From the NCBI GenBank assembly GCA_010909165.1, contig MU008164.1:868001-932000 (forward strand): a stretch of DNA of 64,000 nucleotides, in the 5' to 3' direction. The translations under genes and the position numbers were made by a program. The notes beneath the pieces were generated by a model, which saw only the letters and a list, made by a program, of their open reading frames with translations, was not told the origin of the DNA and did not search any database. The stretch is from Anthoceros angustus. Lineage: Eukaryota > Plantae > Anthocerotophyta. Below, piece by piece: positions 36,656 to 47,793 of the stretch. The stretch's first letter is position 1, and each line of letters starts with the position of its first letter.

Positions 36656-39307
36656 GGGCTGTTTGCTTACCCGATATTTGCTGTCATTGGTTGTTTTATG
36701 CAGTTTCACTTTTATCGTGTGATATTAATCTGCACTTGGGTTTAGTGTTTGATTAGCATTAATTAATCTAATTACTTATCTTTAAGTAAGTAATTATTGT
36801 TAATTAATCTAAAGTGATTATGTTAATTAAACATTGATTAGTATTAATTAATCTAAGGTGCTTATGTTAATTAAGCATTGATTAGTGTTAATTAAACATG
36901 GTTAGCAATAGCTAAGTGGATAAGCTCAAGTAATATGCTTTGGCATATTCCTTGCATATTATAGTGTATTCTTAGGATATTTGATCGATAGGATATCTTA
37001 GGAATATCGATGCAGTCTAGTATATATAGACCACTTGGTGAGACAATCATTCTTCAGCAGATATGGATACCAAGGCGTTGTGAGGAGGCCAGCTATGACT
37101 CAGGAGGCGATGTGTGAGGAATTGCGTGTTGTTACCGTGGGGAGAGTGTGTTTGTGCCGCGTGCGAGCTACCCTCCCTGTTGTTATTGGTTTGCACCTAT
37201 ATCTGCGTATCGATTTTGTTTGCTTGGTTGTTGTTAAGTGCTTATAGAATTCAAATGCGGTTGACTATTTTGATAGAAATCATGATTCTGATTTGCATTC
37301 GGGGTTGTCGATATGAACATGCGATTTTGGATGTTTTTGCAGCTTGAGTTACATCGATGATGCTAGAATTCTCAATTGGGGCTTATATCGAAAAGGTATG
37401 GCAGGAGAAATCTTAAATGAGGACTATATTAGAGTCAACAACTTCGATGTTCGAGAGTTTATAGTGGGCGATGCGAGCTACCATCACGCCTTGATTCTTG
37501 ACCTTCCCGGCGGGCATGTTTTTCCAGAGAAGGACTATTTCAAGTTTAAGCATTCCTCATCACACATGGTGGTAGAACGGGCTTTTGAGAAACTTAAAGG
37601 AACATGGAGACTGCTGAGCAGAACCATTTGGAAACCAAACATGGACTCGTTATGGGCAATCTTGATGTGTTGTTGTTACTTGCATAATGTCCTCATTGAC
37701 AAGGATGAAATGCCTGCAGCAGACAGTGATGAGCCTGGTCATGATGATGGTTATCGAACAATTCCTTGTAACAACATGAATGTGGATGGTGTGACCAAAA
37801 CATAGCTGTGTTCTTGTGGACTAGCAGACAACAGGATATGAACTCATGAATTTCCTATGTGATTTGTCTCCTAACTTGCTCAATGCATCTCCTATTTTCA
37901 TAAGCATGCGAATCCCTCTCAATTTGATTACATGAGTGTATCATGATTGTGCTCCATGACGTCATTGTGGACCCTCTCTTGAAATTCATGCCACCAGGTA
38001 TGTAGCCTTGCCTTTTCCGTCTTCAGACTCACAGGTTTGTATTGGAGCAACAAGTACAGCTCAACCTATCGACCTTCATGCATATGTTGCAGATACTCCA
38101 GGTTCTTCTAGAGAGGCATCACCAGGGGATGGTCAGACCGAACCAACTGAAGACTTCCCGTCACCAGGACAATCCTTAAACACAGGCATGGACTCCGATG
38201 ATCCAGCAGCTGATGGTTTGAATTCTTCTAGGAAGAAAAGGAAAGTTCTAACTGCGAAGCGGGGGAGGACTTGTTTGTGGCCATGACCAGCGATTTTGTT
38301 GATCAGTTGAGCGCAACGGAAATCAACAAGGAGAAGAGGCATAAAGCGAACATCACTGGTGTCACCCAATTGCTCCCAATCTGGAACAATAGCCTGTGAG
38401 TCTGAACACCACAATTCGACGGCATTGAAAAGACTCTGGTCGAAGGTAGCTGGGAGTTTCTTTGCCTTCTTTTGCTCTGCCGTCATCTGCCAATATGTGT
38501 CCTGACCACTTAGTGGATGTCGACAATGATCATTGATTTTTTCGATCCGAGACAACCGTCCCATTTGCTTGGCGGCGTGCACATTACACCGTTAGCGTTG
38601 CAATAGGTGACCACCTCTTCCCATCGTTCAGGGGCCTTCTTATTTTTCTCCCTGCTGCCACCCAAGAGTCGAGCTTCGTGGTCAATCTTCTTGGCAGCCT
38701 GCAACATATGAAGTTCCTGCGGTGTCCACAACTTTCGAGGTGCCTTGAATGTCTGGTTCGTGGGAGGAACGTGGTTGGTGCTCGAAATTGTGGGCACAGG
38801 GCCTACACCAAGTTGTGAGATTGGGGAAGCATGGAAGCTGCCAAATCCCGGCAACAAAGCTAAAGGCAAGGATGCTGAGCTTGTGGGACAATTAAGAACG
38901 AAGGTTGAAGTCGCAACGGAGGCTTGAGACTGACCTGCGTCTTCCGGACCCATCGATCTGCAACAGCCCTCCAAAATCTGCACCGAATGCAGGTATGGCA
39001 AACTGCCACACGAACCGAGACTGACGAGTACAATGGAAGCTAGAGGGGATTGCAAGCGAATTGAGAAGGAAGCCCCTATACCTCTACCGGCAAAGGCTAC
39101 GGGCCTTTGCCGCAGAGGTTCCTGGTTCCGATAGCTCTTGCCTACAATTTCGCTAGAGGCGGTCTCTTCCGATCATTACGGTAGTTCACATCAACTTTCC
39201 TCGTTCCCGTCGGCTTTTTGTCGTGAAGTTTCATTTTGGGGCTGGCGGAAGTTGCTGGAGGGAAATTGATGTGCTGGAGGGAAATTGATGTCCATGGAAA
39301 GCAGCCC
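36656..39307. mobile_element. PIF/Harbinger DNA transposon (5'-deleted DDE transposase + convergent Myb/trihelix ORF)
   Basis: Right TIR ATGGAAAGCAGCCC (39294-39307) followed by TTA. It is the reverse complement of the clean left TIR at 34737; this copy's left TIR is noisy at about 36656. Transposase DDARILNW...IVGDASY...HSSSHMVVERAFEKLKGTWRLL...CCYLHN at 37344-37805 (+). Trihelix WTPQELHML...RWEEVVTYC...YWQMTAEQKKAKKLPATFD on (-). Confidence 0.88.
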
Positions 39308-39921
39308 TTAGTGCACAAGTGGTGGGGGCAGAAATGAAGTCTAAAGGCTCTTCCACAATCTTGCAACGAAAAAACTCCTGACAGGGAAGGCAATGCTGTC
39401 AGGGAAAGCATGGACTCACACAGAAGGTCCTGGAGTGTTATGAGAAAATGCAGGTGTTATTCGGAGTCACATGTCACATTCTCATACCCCATTTGTGCAG
39501 GCCGTCATGCAGACCACGTGCACAAGGGTCTTGAGGATTTTAGATATGAGCGCAATATGTCCGTAGCATGACTCCAGATTTTAGACATCTTGTCAGCAAG
39601 TTAGACATCGCCAGCCCTGCAGGACGCTTCCTTAGGTAGAGGAATGGCCTTCGACAATGCCAATAGAACCTGATCTGGCAACGTGGATACGTGTGCCGGG
39701 TGCTTGTCGGAAGCATGGAGACAAACTGCTCAGACACCGGGCCTTTGATGGTGCAGCACACCTGCAGCCAAAGCATCCCGCTGCATATGTGTTGATCTAA
39801 AATACCTACGCAGATGCTGGCCTTCCGGGCAGAAAGAGACTGGGCGGAGCTGGATTCAGTGTGAGCAAGAAGCATATTGCTTCCTTGTCAGGGACCGCAG
39901 CCACCCACAGCTGTACCAGCG

Positions 39922-42900
39922 TCACCCTTGTACACATGTAACCAACTTGAAACCCTGCAGATGATAGTTCACTGCGTTACTGCCAAGAGGTACTTGGTGG
40001 TTGTTTGACAACCAAGCCATACCAGCAGCAAATCTGGTGATGCTTATGGTGGTCCCCAGCTTCTGACATGAACGGTCATTCATACAATCAAATATGTCTG
40101 CTATTGACGAGTCCAGAAATGGCACATATTCCTCATTTACTTGGGAGTACACCTCTTTCAGCCTTGTTTGACTCTTGGGATGCTTCTCATCCCCGACCAA
40201 AAAACTATGCACCAGTCCGTTTGTGTCTGTCCACCAGCTCTGACCTGGTTGCTTCCCTGCACTGATCCTCGTTCTCCTCTCCTGCAACTTCTGTGCCTCC
40301 TCAGACATCTGTATACAGGTGTACATGTTTGACATCATCATATATGCTGCATCATCTTTGCTGTCTAGCTTCACTGCTTGGTCGAAAGCATATTGTCCCA
40401 CCTCCGTGTTGCTCCACTTTCGACAAGCACTCAACAGAGTGTGCCACACTGGAGCATTGGGCAGGAAAGGCATTGTCCTTACCAAAGCTAGCGCCTCATC
40501 CAGTTGACCTGCACGGCCCAGGAGATCCACCATGCATATGTAGTGCTCCACCGTGGGACTGATGCCATACTGCCCGCTCATGGCCTCAAAGTACTCTCTT
40601 CCCTTGTTCACTAGACCTGCATGGCTGCATGCCGTGAGCACACTAAGGAATGTGATGCCAACTGGCTGAATACCATCCTCTCCCATTTTCTGGAACAAGT
40701 CAAAGACGACATCACTGTCTCCTTGACAGGTGTAGCCTGCAATTAGCGCACTCCAGGCAACTACGTCTCTCTCGGGCAACTCATCAAAAACCTGCTGCGC
40801 ATCAACCATACTCCCACACTTTCCATACATGTTTATTAGACTGCAGCCTATGAAAGAATCAGCTTGGAGCCCTTGTTCTCCAATCTGCACATGTAGCTGC
40901 CTTCCCACATGCAAAGCTGCCACATCTGCGCAGGCCTGCAGGAGGCACACAAATGTTACAGCATCAGGTACGACAATGCCTCCTTCCTGCATTGCACTGT
41001 AAAGACGCAGGGCTTCCTGGCCCATGTTCTGCTGGGAATACCCAGCTATCATGGCAGTCCACGTCACCATGTCTTTTTGACCAAGTCCATCAAACGCTCT
41101 CTGAGCATCTTCCAGACTGCCACACTTCGCATACATGTTTACCAAACTGCTGGCTACAAATACATCAGCTTGAAATCCACGTTCTCTTATCTGGGTATGA
41201 ATCTGCCTCCCCTTCTCCAAAGCCATGGTGCCCACACTTGCACATGCCTGCAGGAGACAAACGAATGTCACAGCATCAGGTAGAGCCATGCCTTCTTCTT
41301 GCATAGCACTAAACATACGAAGGGCTTCCTGCCCCATGCCCTGCTGGGAATATCCTGCTATCAGGGCATTCCACATCACCACATCTTTGCAAGCAATTCC
41401 GTCAAACACTCTCTGAGCATCTCTCACACTGCCACACTTTGCGTACATGTTTACCAAACTGTTGGCAACAAACACATCAGCTTGATGTTCTTGTTCCTTA
41501 ATTTGTGCATGAAGCTGCTTTCCCATCTCCAAAGCGGGGGTGCCCACGGCTGCACATGCCTGCAGGAGGCACACAAACGTCACGGAACTGGGAACAGCGA
41601 TGCCTTCTTCTTGCATATCATTGTAAAGACGAAGAGCTTCCTGGCCCATCCCCTGCTGAGATAACCCTGCTATCATGGCATTCCATGTCACCACATCCCT
41701 TTGACCCAGTCCTTCAAAGACCCTCTTCGCATCCTCCAAGCTGCCACACTTTGCATACATGTTCACCAAGCTGTTGGCTACAAACCTATCCGCTTGATGT
41801 CCTTGCACCTTAATCTGTGTATGGAGCTGCTTCCCCATCTCTAAAGCTGGGGGGCCCACACTTGCACACGCCTGCAGGAGGGACAAGAATGTCACAGAAT
41901 CAGGTACAGCAGTACCTCCTTCCTGCATAGCCCTGTAGAGACGAAGGGCTGCCTGCCCCATGCCCTGCTGGGAGTACCCTGCTATCATGACATTCCACGT
42001 CACCACATCCTTTCTCCAAAGGCCATCGAACACTCTATGAGCATCCTCCAAGCTCCCACACTTCGCATACATGTTAACCAAACTGTTGCCCACAAAAGCA
42101 TCCTCTACATGTCCCCGTCTGCTAATCTGCTCATGAAGCTGCCTCCCCTCCTCCAAAGCTGGGGCACCCACATTCGCACATGCCTGCAGGAGGCACACAA
42201 ACGTCACGGAATTGGGAACAGCCGTGCCTCCTTCTTGCATCATACTGTACAGACGAAGGGCTTCCTGCCCCATCCCCTGCTGGGCATATCCTGCTATCAT
42301 GGCAGTCCAAGTCACCACATCCTTCACCCCAAGTCCGTCAAACACTCTCCTCGCTTCTTCCAAGCTCCCACACTTCGAGTACATGTTCACCAAACTATTC
42401 CACACAAACAGAACAGGCTCCACCCCACTTGCCAAAACGTCAGCATGCACCTGCTGCCCAGTTTCCAAGTCCGATTCCCTTGCACAAGCCTGAAGGGCTG
42501 CCACAAACACACGGCCATCGGGCTTCACACTCGACCTGCGCATCCGATGGTACAGCTCGATGGCCTGCCTGTCATGCCCGTGTTTAACATGCGCAGAAAT
42601 GATGGCAGACCAAGTGAATGCATCAGGTTCCGCCACCACGGCAAACACATCCATCGCGTCTTGCAACCTGCCATGAGAAGCATACATCCGCAGGATGTGG
42701 TTGCCCAGGAACGTGTCCGACTGGTACCCCCGTTTCTCCGCCAAAGCATGGACGCGGCGACCCAGAACAAGATTCTTCTGGACTACACATTCCTTCAGGG
42801 CAGTATAAAAGCCCGACTTTGGATCACAACAATCTGCCTGCACCAGAACTCCCAGAGCCTCAACAGCCTCAGCGAGGTGACTCTGATTACATAGCTCGCT

Positions 42901-43194
42901 CACGGTTTCAGCCGTGACGCCGCATTCGTTTCCCTCAGACCTCCCATGGTCGCCATCCTCCGTCCTGAGAGATGAACGGCCAATTTGCATATCCAGACTC
43001 CGTCGGTCCACCCAGACGTAGTGCTGTTCCCAGCTTCCTTTGTTTGGCTCATTCAAGTCAGTTTCTCGGGAGTCAGACCCCAAGCAATCGTCGCAAATCA
43101 ATTTATGTAGACTGCATATGGAGGGTTGTTCCGATCGCCCCCGTGTGGATGGGACCATGGCATACCAAAGAGGGACAAAGAGGGGACGCGGCAT
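39922..43194 (-). CDS. PLS-class PPR protein gene B, single exon, about 1090 aa, E/E+ with degenerate DYW-like tail
   Basis: Uninterrupted ORF 39922-43203 with about 7 near-identical ~103-aa PLS triplets, VEHYICMVDLLGRAG, KQPGQSWW...VHSFLVGD, EEYVP. Start taken at the first ATG (about 43194); the true start may lie downstream. Confidence 0.92.
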   Translation of the reverse strand: MPRPLFVPLWYAMVPSTRGRSEQPSICSLHKLICDDCLGSDSRETDLNEPNKGSWEQHYVWVDRRSLDMQIGRSSLRTEDGDHGRSEGNECGVTAETVSELCNQSHLAEAVEALGVLVQADCCDPKSGFYTALKECVVQKNLVLGRRVHALAEKRGYQSDTFLGNHILRMYASHGRLQDAMDVFAVVAEPDAFTWSAIISAHVKHGHDRQAIELYHRMRRSSVKPDGRVFVAALQACARESDLETGQQVHADVLASGVEPVLFVWNSLVNMYSKCGSLEEARRVFDGLGVKDVVTWTAMIAGYAQQGMGQEALRLYSMMQEGGTAVPNSVTFVCLLQACANVGAPALEEGRQLHEQISRRGHVEDAFVGNSLVNMYAKCGSLEDAHRVFDGLWRKDVVTWNVMIAGYSQQGMGQAALRLYRAMQEGGTAVPDSVTFLSLLQACASVGPPALEMGKQLHTQIKVQGHQADRFVANSLVNMYAKCGSLEDAKRVFEGLGQRDVVTWNAMIAGLSQQGMGQEALRLYNDMQEEGIAVPSSVTFVCLLQACAAVGTPALEMGKQLHAQIKEQEHQADVFVANSLVNMYAKCGSVRDAQRVFDGIACKDVVMWNALIAGYSQQGMGQEALRMFSAMQEEGMALPDAVTFVCLLQACASVGTMALEKGRQIHTQIRERGFQADVFVASSLVNMYAKCGSLEDAQRAFDGLGQKDMVTWTAMIAGYSQQNMGQEALRLYSAMQEGGIVVPDAVTFVCLLQACADVAALHVGRQLHVQIGEQGLQADSFIGCSLINMYGKCGSMVDAQQVFDELPERDVVAWSALIAGYTCQGDSDVVFDLFQKMGEDGIQPVGITFLSVLTACSHAGLVNKGREYFEAMSGQYGISPTVEHYICMVDLLGRAGQLDEALALVRTMPFLPNAPVWHTLLSACRKWSNTEVGQYAFDQAVKLDSKDDAAYMMMSNMYTCIQMSEEAQKLQERRTRISAGKQPGQSWWTDTNGLVHSFLVGDEKHPKSQTRLKEVYSQVNEEYVPFLDSSIADIFDCMNDRSCQKLGTTISITRFAAGMAWLSNNHQVPLGSNAVNYHLQGFKLVTCVQG

Positions 43195-43589
43195 TTTTTT
43201 CAAGCGCGAAACTTCTGTTCACACCATACGTCTTTTTGCTGTCCGGTTTGGTAACCCGACCGAAATGGGGATGGGGCTGCTGCTTTTCGCATGTAACGAA
43301 CACAGTGAGTTGCAGGGCAATATGTTATTGTGAAGGTCGAAACAAGCTCGAAAATAGCTTTGTGCATTCTCCCGATCATGGTGTTGTTGAAGGACTTGGG
43401 CATGATGTGGGGATTGAAATTGTATGGACGATGTTTAGTGCACCCAACTGTAATGAGAGGTATGTCGCCTGCTGTGAAGGCCCTGCCAGTAAAGATTTGA
43501 AGGCGGCTTCCATGTTACTGTTGGCCATCCCCTCTTCCTGTTTCGACTAGGATCCTGTGTTTTCCTGTTTGCAAGAGGATCGTGCTTCT

Positions 43590-44320
43590 TAATGTTTCCA
43601 GCATCGCGGATTCCCTAACAAATACACGATCGCAAAGTCCCTAGCTGCGAAGACGGGGACATGGCCGTAGGCGTGTGCATGGTTCGCAAACCATGGCCGT
43701 GCCGGTGGCCACGGCCGTCATTGACTGCGAAGACCATGCCAGCGGCTGAGGCGTTTGGCAACCAGATGGGGCGGCCGAGAAGAGAGAGGGCCACGTGCTA
43801 GGGCATAGTCTGCTGGACATTAGCTTAGAATAGGGGTGTAATAAAGGCGCTCCCTCAGGACGTAGTATAAGAGGGCGGCTGCCACTCTAGTAAAGCGATC
43901 TTTCTTTTGGGGTTGATACCGCGTTATCTTTGCAGACCCTTGTGTGTCCCTTGCTAACGCGAGTCCCGAGTCACTGAGCGGGCAAGACTTCTCCGGAGAG
44001 ACTGATCCAAGTCCTGGTGATGGACCCTAACGCGTGGTGGTGTGTGTGTACAGGTGTGAAGGACCCCGGACCCTTGTTCCTTCCGGGCAGAGGTCCGACG
44101 GCCGACGGACCAGAGCGGGCGTGATTAGCTGCACTCCGGAAGGGCGTGCAGAGCTCGGACGAAGAGACCTGGCGAACGAACGCAGAGGTCCGTAGCCCAC
44201 GCATGCCTAACCCTGACTCTGAATTGGTATATTGAGTGTAAGTAAGAACGATAGGCGAAACGAGGTAGAGGAGGGTGTACAACAGATCAGTAGGTTACGG
44301 ACGTAAACGATTCCTTAAAC
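43590..44320 (+). mobile_element. Possible solo-LTR-like sequence
   Basis: GC-rich non-coding block with TATA-like tagtataagaggg (about 43863), ending ...ttccttaaaca followed by tttggc. No partner LTR or TSD found. Confidence 0.3.
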
Positions 44321-44399
44321 ATTTGGCCATCCTGGGCATGTACGGTGAACGAGTAGAGTGATAAGGGAGCGGAAAACGCCCGCATTACGGTAAGCGGCC

Positions 44400-46100
44400 T
44401 CAGGTAGGCCATCTTCCCCAACGACGGAGAGTGTGTCGAGCAACGGACCTGTATAAACGGAACAAGTCATTCCCTTGGGAACGGACCCCATATTGCAACG
44501 ACACGGGATTGGTGCGCGCCCGGCTGGCCGTCAGCAAAAGTTGCGCCACACCTTGCCTGGTACCTGTGACTGATTTCAAGACGGAAACAGCAAATCCCGA
44601 AGAAATGTTCTTGGGCTGATAGTAGAGATTGGAAGACGTCCCGTAGAAGCACCGGACAAAAGGTATAAGGCTCCCAAGGACACTATCAGCATCTTTGAGC
44701 TCCTTGAAGATAACGTTCCTAGACATGTATTGAAGGCGTTTTCAACATCCACGTATAAAACTACCCAATCCGGGTGGGTATCAAGGCATGCCTGCACGCC
44801 AAACACCACGGACTCGCAACCCTTCGGAGTAGCAATGCCAAATTATAGGGGGTTGAGGTACCGCTGGAAGAGGGAGCGGTACTAAAGGGCAATAATACGG
44901 CTAAGGAGCTGCATGAAGGCTTCCCCAACTGCGAGTGGACGCACGCCATAGCCCGGGGCAGGCTTGTCCATAGCAACAAGCCTTCTAGAGATCCGATGAG
45001 GCGTTTTCCCCGGAGCCATGGCAGCAGCCAGAGAATAGAGCAGCGGAAAGCCGTTGGATGGGTCTTCAGGGAGAAAAAAGGTCCCAAAGATGCTCAAAAA
45101 CCATCCCAGACAGTCCGGCAGAAGAAAGACGTAGGGCCGTAGAGAGAGCTAAAGCAAAAGCCACGCGGTCCAGGGAGAAGGGGTCCTCAAGGATATAGTC
45201 GAGTATGTCTGGGGGGATGGCATCCTTCGGGGCTGGATGGAGGGACGAAGGGCCGCAATGGCCTCTTCAGAAGCAGGGGCCAAAGGAAGGGGGCGGAGAG
45301 CCCTGGCAGCCCGGGCATATTTGGTTGCTTGACTTAACAACTTGCAGCGCCGCAGGTTTGCTGCCACCCCCGGGGCTTGTTCCACCTGCGGCACGGATTC
45401 CACCCGAACCTTAGAAGCTCACTATGCCTCCTCTTGAAGAGATGCCCAATCTCCAGCCCGAAAGCGATGGAGGCGACTGACGATCTCCCGATGACCAGAA
45501 GCCCCGCCCCTAATTCAATGTAAACACCATCTAGGCAGAAGCAGAAGAAGGCCAACTCGTCCTGGGAGTCGAGCGCAAGGCAATCTAGAGGAAGACGGAA
45601 TGTTAATCTGCCGACATCAAGGAGGTGCCTGAGAATTTTGCAAAAGATGCGCGGGCAAGGTAAGTGGGTTTCAAACAACCCAAGGATGTGATCTTACTGA
45701 GCACGAAACCAATCCCATGATGAGAGAGGCACCCCTAGAAGGACGACACCGGACGTTGAAACGTGTGCCATGGAGCTAGTGGAGGTCGCAAGACGTACTT
45801 GGACGGCCCAAGTAGTGTGATCAAAGTCCTTATGCATGTGCCCAATGTGGGTTTTCACCCCCCCTTGACGCCGCGACAGAGCAGAGCACAAACTGGACAA
45901 CTAGATTGTCCTTGATGGTCACAGAAGGTGTTGACTGCCCCATCCCAAAGAGAAGAAATCACAGAGAGAGAATAAACTGCGGACACTAGCCTGGGGTTGA
46001 CTCCTAAGCACACAAGGATGCAAGGATGTGATCCTCTTGAGCACGCAAGCCTTAAGTTCCTTAAGCATTCTTGAATTGGGTGGAGAAGAGGACTTGATGT
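44400..46100 (-). mobile_element. Decayed non-LTR retrotransposon, CRE-clade-like reverse transcriptase
   Basis: KYARAARALRPLPLAPASEEAIAAL; GVRPLAVGEAFMQLLSRII; PL*FGIATPKGCESMV; HPDWVVLYVDVENAFNT.SR; FYGTSSNL; TGTRQG; also GVVLLGVPL...RLTFRLP. Multiple stops and frameshifts. Confidence 0.75.
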
Positions 46101-46964
46101 GAAAGGAATCGTGGACAAGAATCTGCAGAACAGCGGTGCTATTTGTGGAAGGGGAACGAAGTGAATGGATTCACAACTTCTATGCTACGTATCTTATATT
46201 CTTAGCTTAACTTTGGATAGTCTTAAGTTGTGTTGGCAGGCAATCTCTCTCAACACACATGCAGGGAGGACATCAAGAGAGCTTGTCCCATGTATATGAG
46301 GCAACATATGTACCTTTCATACGCATATCGAAGGACATGTTTGGCTAAATCATACTGCTTATTATAAGAATTCCTTTGTTGCTAAATCAAAGCCATATCA
46401 CAAGAATTCCTTTGTTTCACATCAATGAATAGGTTCATCCATGCATTAAACCAATAATGTTGAAAGGAGTGACATCCAGACATGGTTCATTGGAACTCCA
46501 CAGTCAAGGATCGGTTCTTGGATGGGGTGCCACCCATTTTCAGCTATAAATCATGCCCTTGTCTACTTAGTGTGCAGCCTGCCCGTGGGATGGATCAGTA
46601 CTTGGATGCGGTGCCACCCATTTTTAAAGGGTGGCCCAGGGGATAAATTAGTACTTGGAGGGGGTGCCATCCATTCTCAGCTATCGTCTTCGCAATGTGC
46701 CGGACCACCCATAAAACTCCAGTTGTTAGTGCCCTACGGGGTTCCTCCACAACCCCGCAAAACTCCAAATATGAGTGCCCTATGGGCTTACTCCAGATTA
46801 ACACTCATAGTGCAGACTTCAATGTATACTTCGAAATATCCATATAAAGTTTTCAAATTCTCTAAAAAAATTAATAATATCAAATCTAGCTTTTTATTAT
46901 TATCATAAAGACTTTATTTGAAAAGGTCTCCATACGAAAATACCATGGTGTGACCCAATTACTT

Positions 46965-47090
46965 ACACACATCCTTTTGATGAGTACGTATATATAGGCA
47001 TACCTTACATCCAGTTTTGATGAGTACGTATATATAGGCATACCTTACATCCAGTTTTGATGAGTACGTATATATAGGCATACCTTACAT
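46965..47090. repeat. Tandem repeat, about 40-bp unit, 3 copies (1 copy in the paralogous block at about 49380)
   Basis: catccagttttgatgagtacgtatatataggcatacctta repeated 3 times. Confidence 0.9.
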
Positions 47091-47184
47091 TAAAAGATAT
47101 GAGGTAGGCCTCACATTAGACTGTAATTTGGTACACCATGGCTAGCCCATAAAGGCATCAACTAAGAGGGTGGACCGAATATCT

Positions 47185-47335
47185 CTAGGGCAAATCTACC
47201 TATATGGTCAAATGCCTTGGCAGTCTAGGGCAGATCTACCTATACGGTCAAATACCTTGGTAGTCTAGAGCAGATCTACCTATATGGTCAAATGCCTTGG
47301 TAGTCTAGGGCTGATTTACCTATACGGTCAAAATG
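47185..47335. repeat. Tandem repeat, about 40-bp unit, about 4 copies; about 5 copies at 49520-49712
   Basis: ctagggcagatctacctata(c/t)ggtcaaatgccttgg(c/t)agt repeated. Confidence 0.9.
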
Positions 47336-47357
47336 CTGCTTAGCGTCGTATGTACAC

Positions 47358-47793
47358 GTGGTGTCATTTTGACTAGTACTAGCTCGATCCGGGGCCTTTC
47401 GCTCATTCGGTCCGTACTAGCTTCGATCCGGGACCGCCTAGCTACGCTCGGTCCTTGCAGGACCGTGCTTTTGCACCCTTGGTCACTAAATATAATAAAT
47501 ATTAAATAAATAATTTATAAATAATATAATAATAATATAAATGTCTTGCAAGTGTCTTTTATGGCCATATCAATTATAAGATGGATCCATGTGTCCATAA
47601 TAAATATAAATCCTTGGATATAAAATTAAATAATTTACTAATTTTAAACTGGACCTTTTATGAACCCTCGGTCCCCTATCTTTTCGGGAACCGAGGGTGG
47701 GGACCGGACTCCTCAAGAACCTCCAATCCCATGTTTTTTTTAACACATGCCGGGACGGAACCGAGCTTGGGACGGGGTCAAAATGACACCCTG
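47358..47793. mobile_element. hAT-type MITE copy 3 (independent insertion)
   Basis: TIRs (g)tggtgtcattttgac / ggtcaaaatgacaccctg; TSD atgtacac at 47350-47357 and 47794-47801. The paralogous block at about 49730 has a single atgtacac (empty site). Confidence 0.9.

Larger units (their letters stand above)
33780..39850 (+). pseudogene. Heavily decayed PLS-PPR gene on the plus strand, interrupted by the Harbinger element
   Basis: Frame-broken motifs: QGIQGDVVVGSCL, IVVT*NAMLGGHAQHE, CLDDARRVFD, NAMLAGYAHHGLG, DDARMVFDSLA. Resumes after 39310 with MPIEPDLATW..GACRKHG...AAHLQPKHPAAYVLI*NTYADAG. Confidence 0.75.

Noticed and set aside
42037-42894. Plus-strand ORFs over the PPR genes (285 aa and others)
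   Set aside because: Antisense shadows produced by PPR repeat periodicity.
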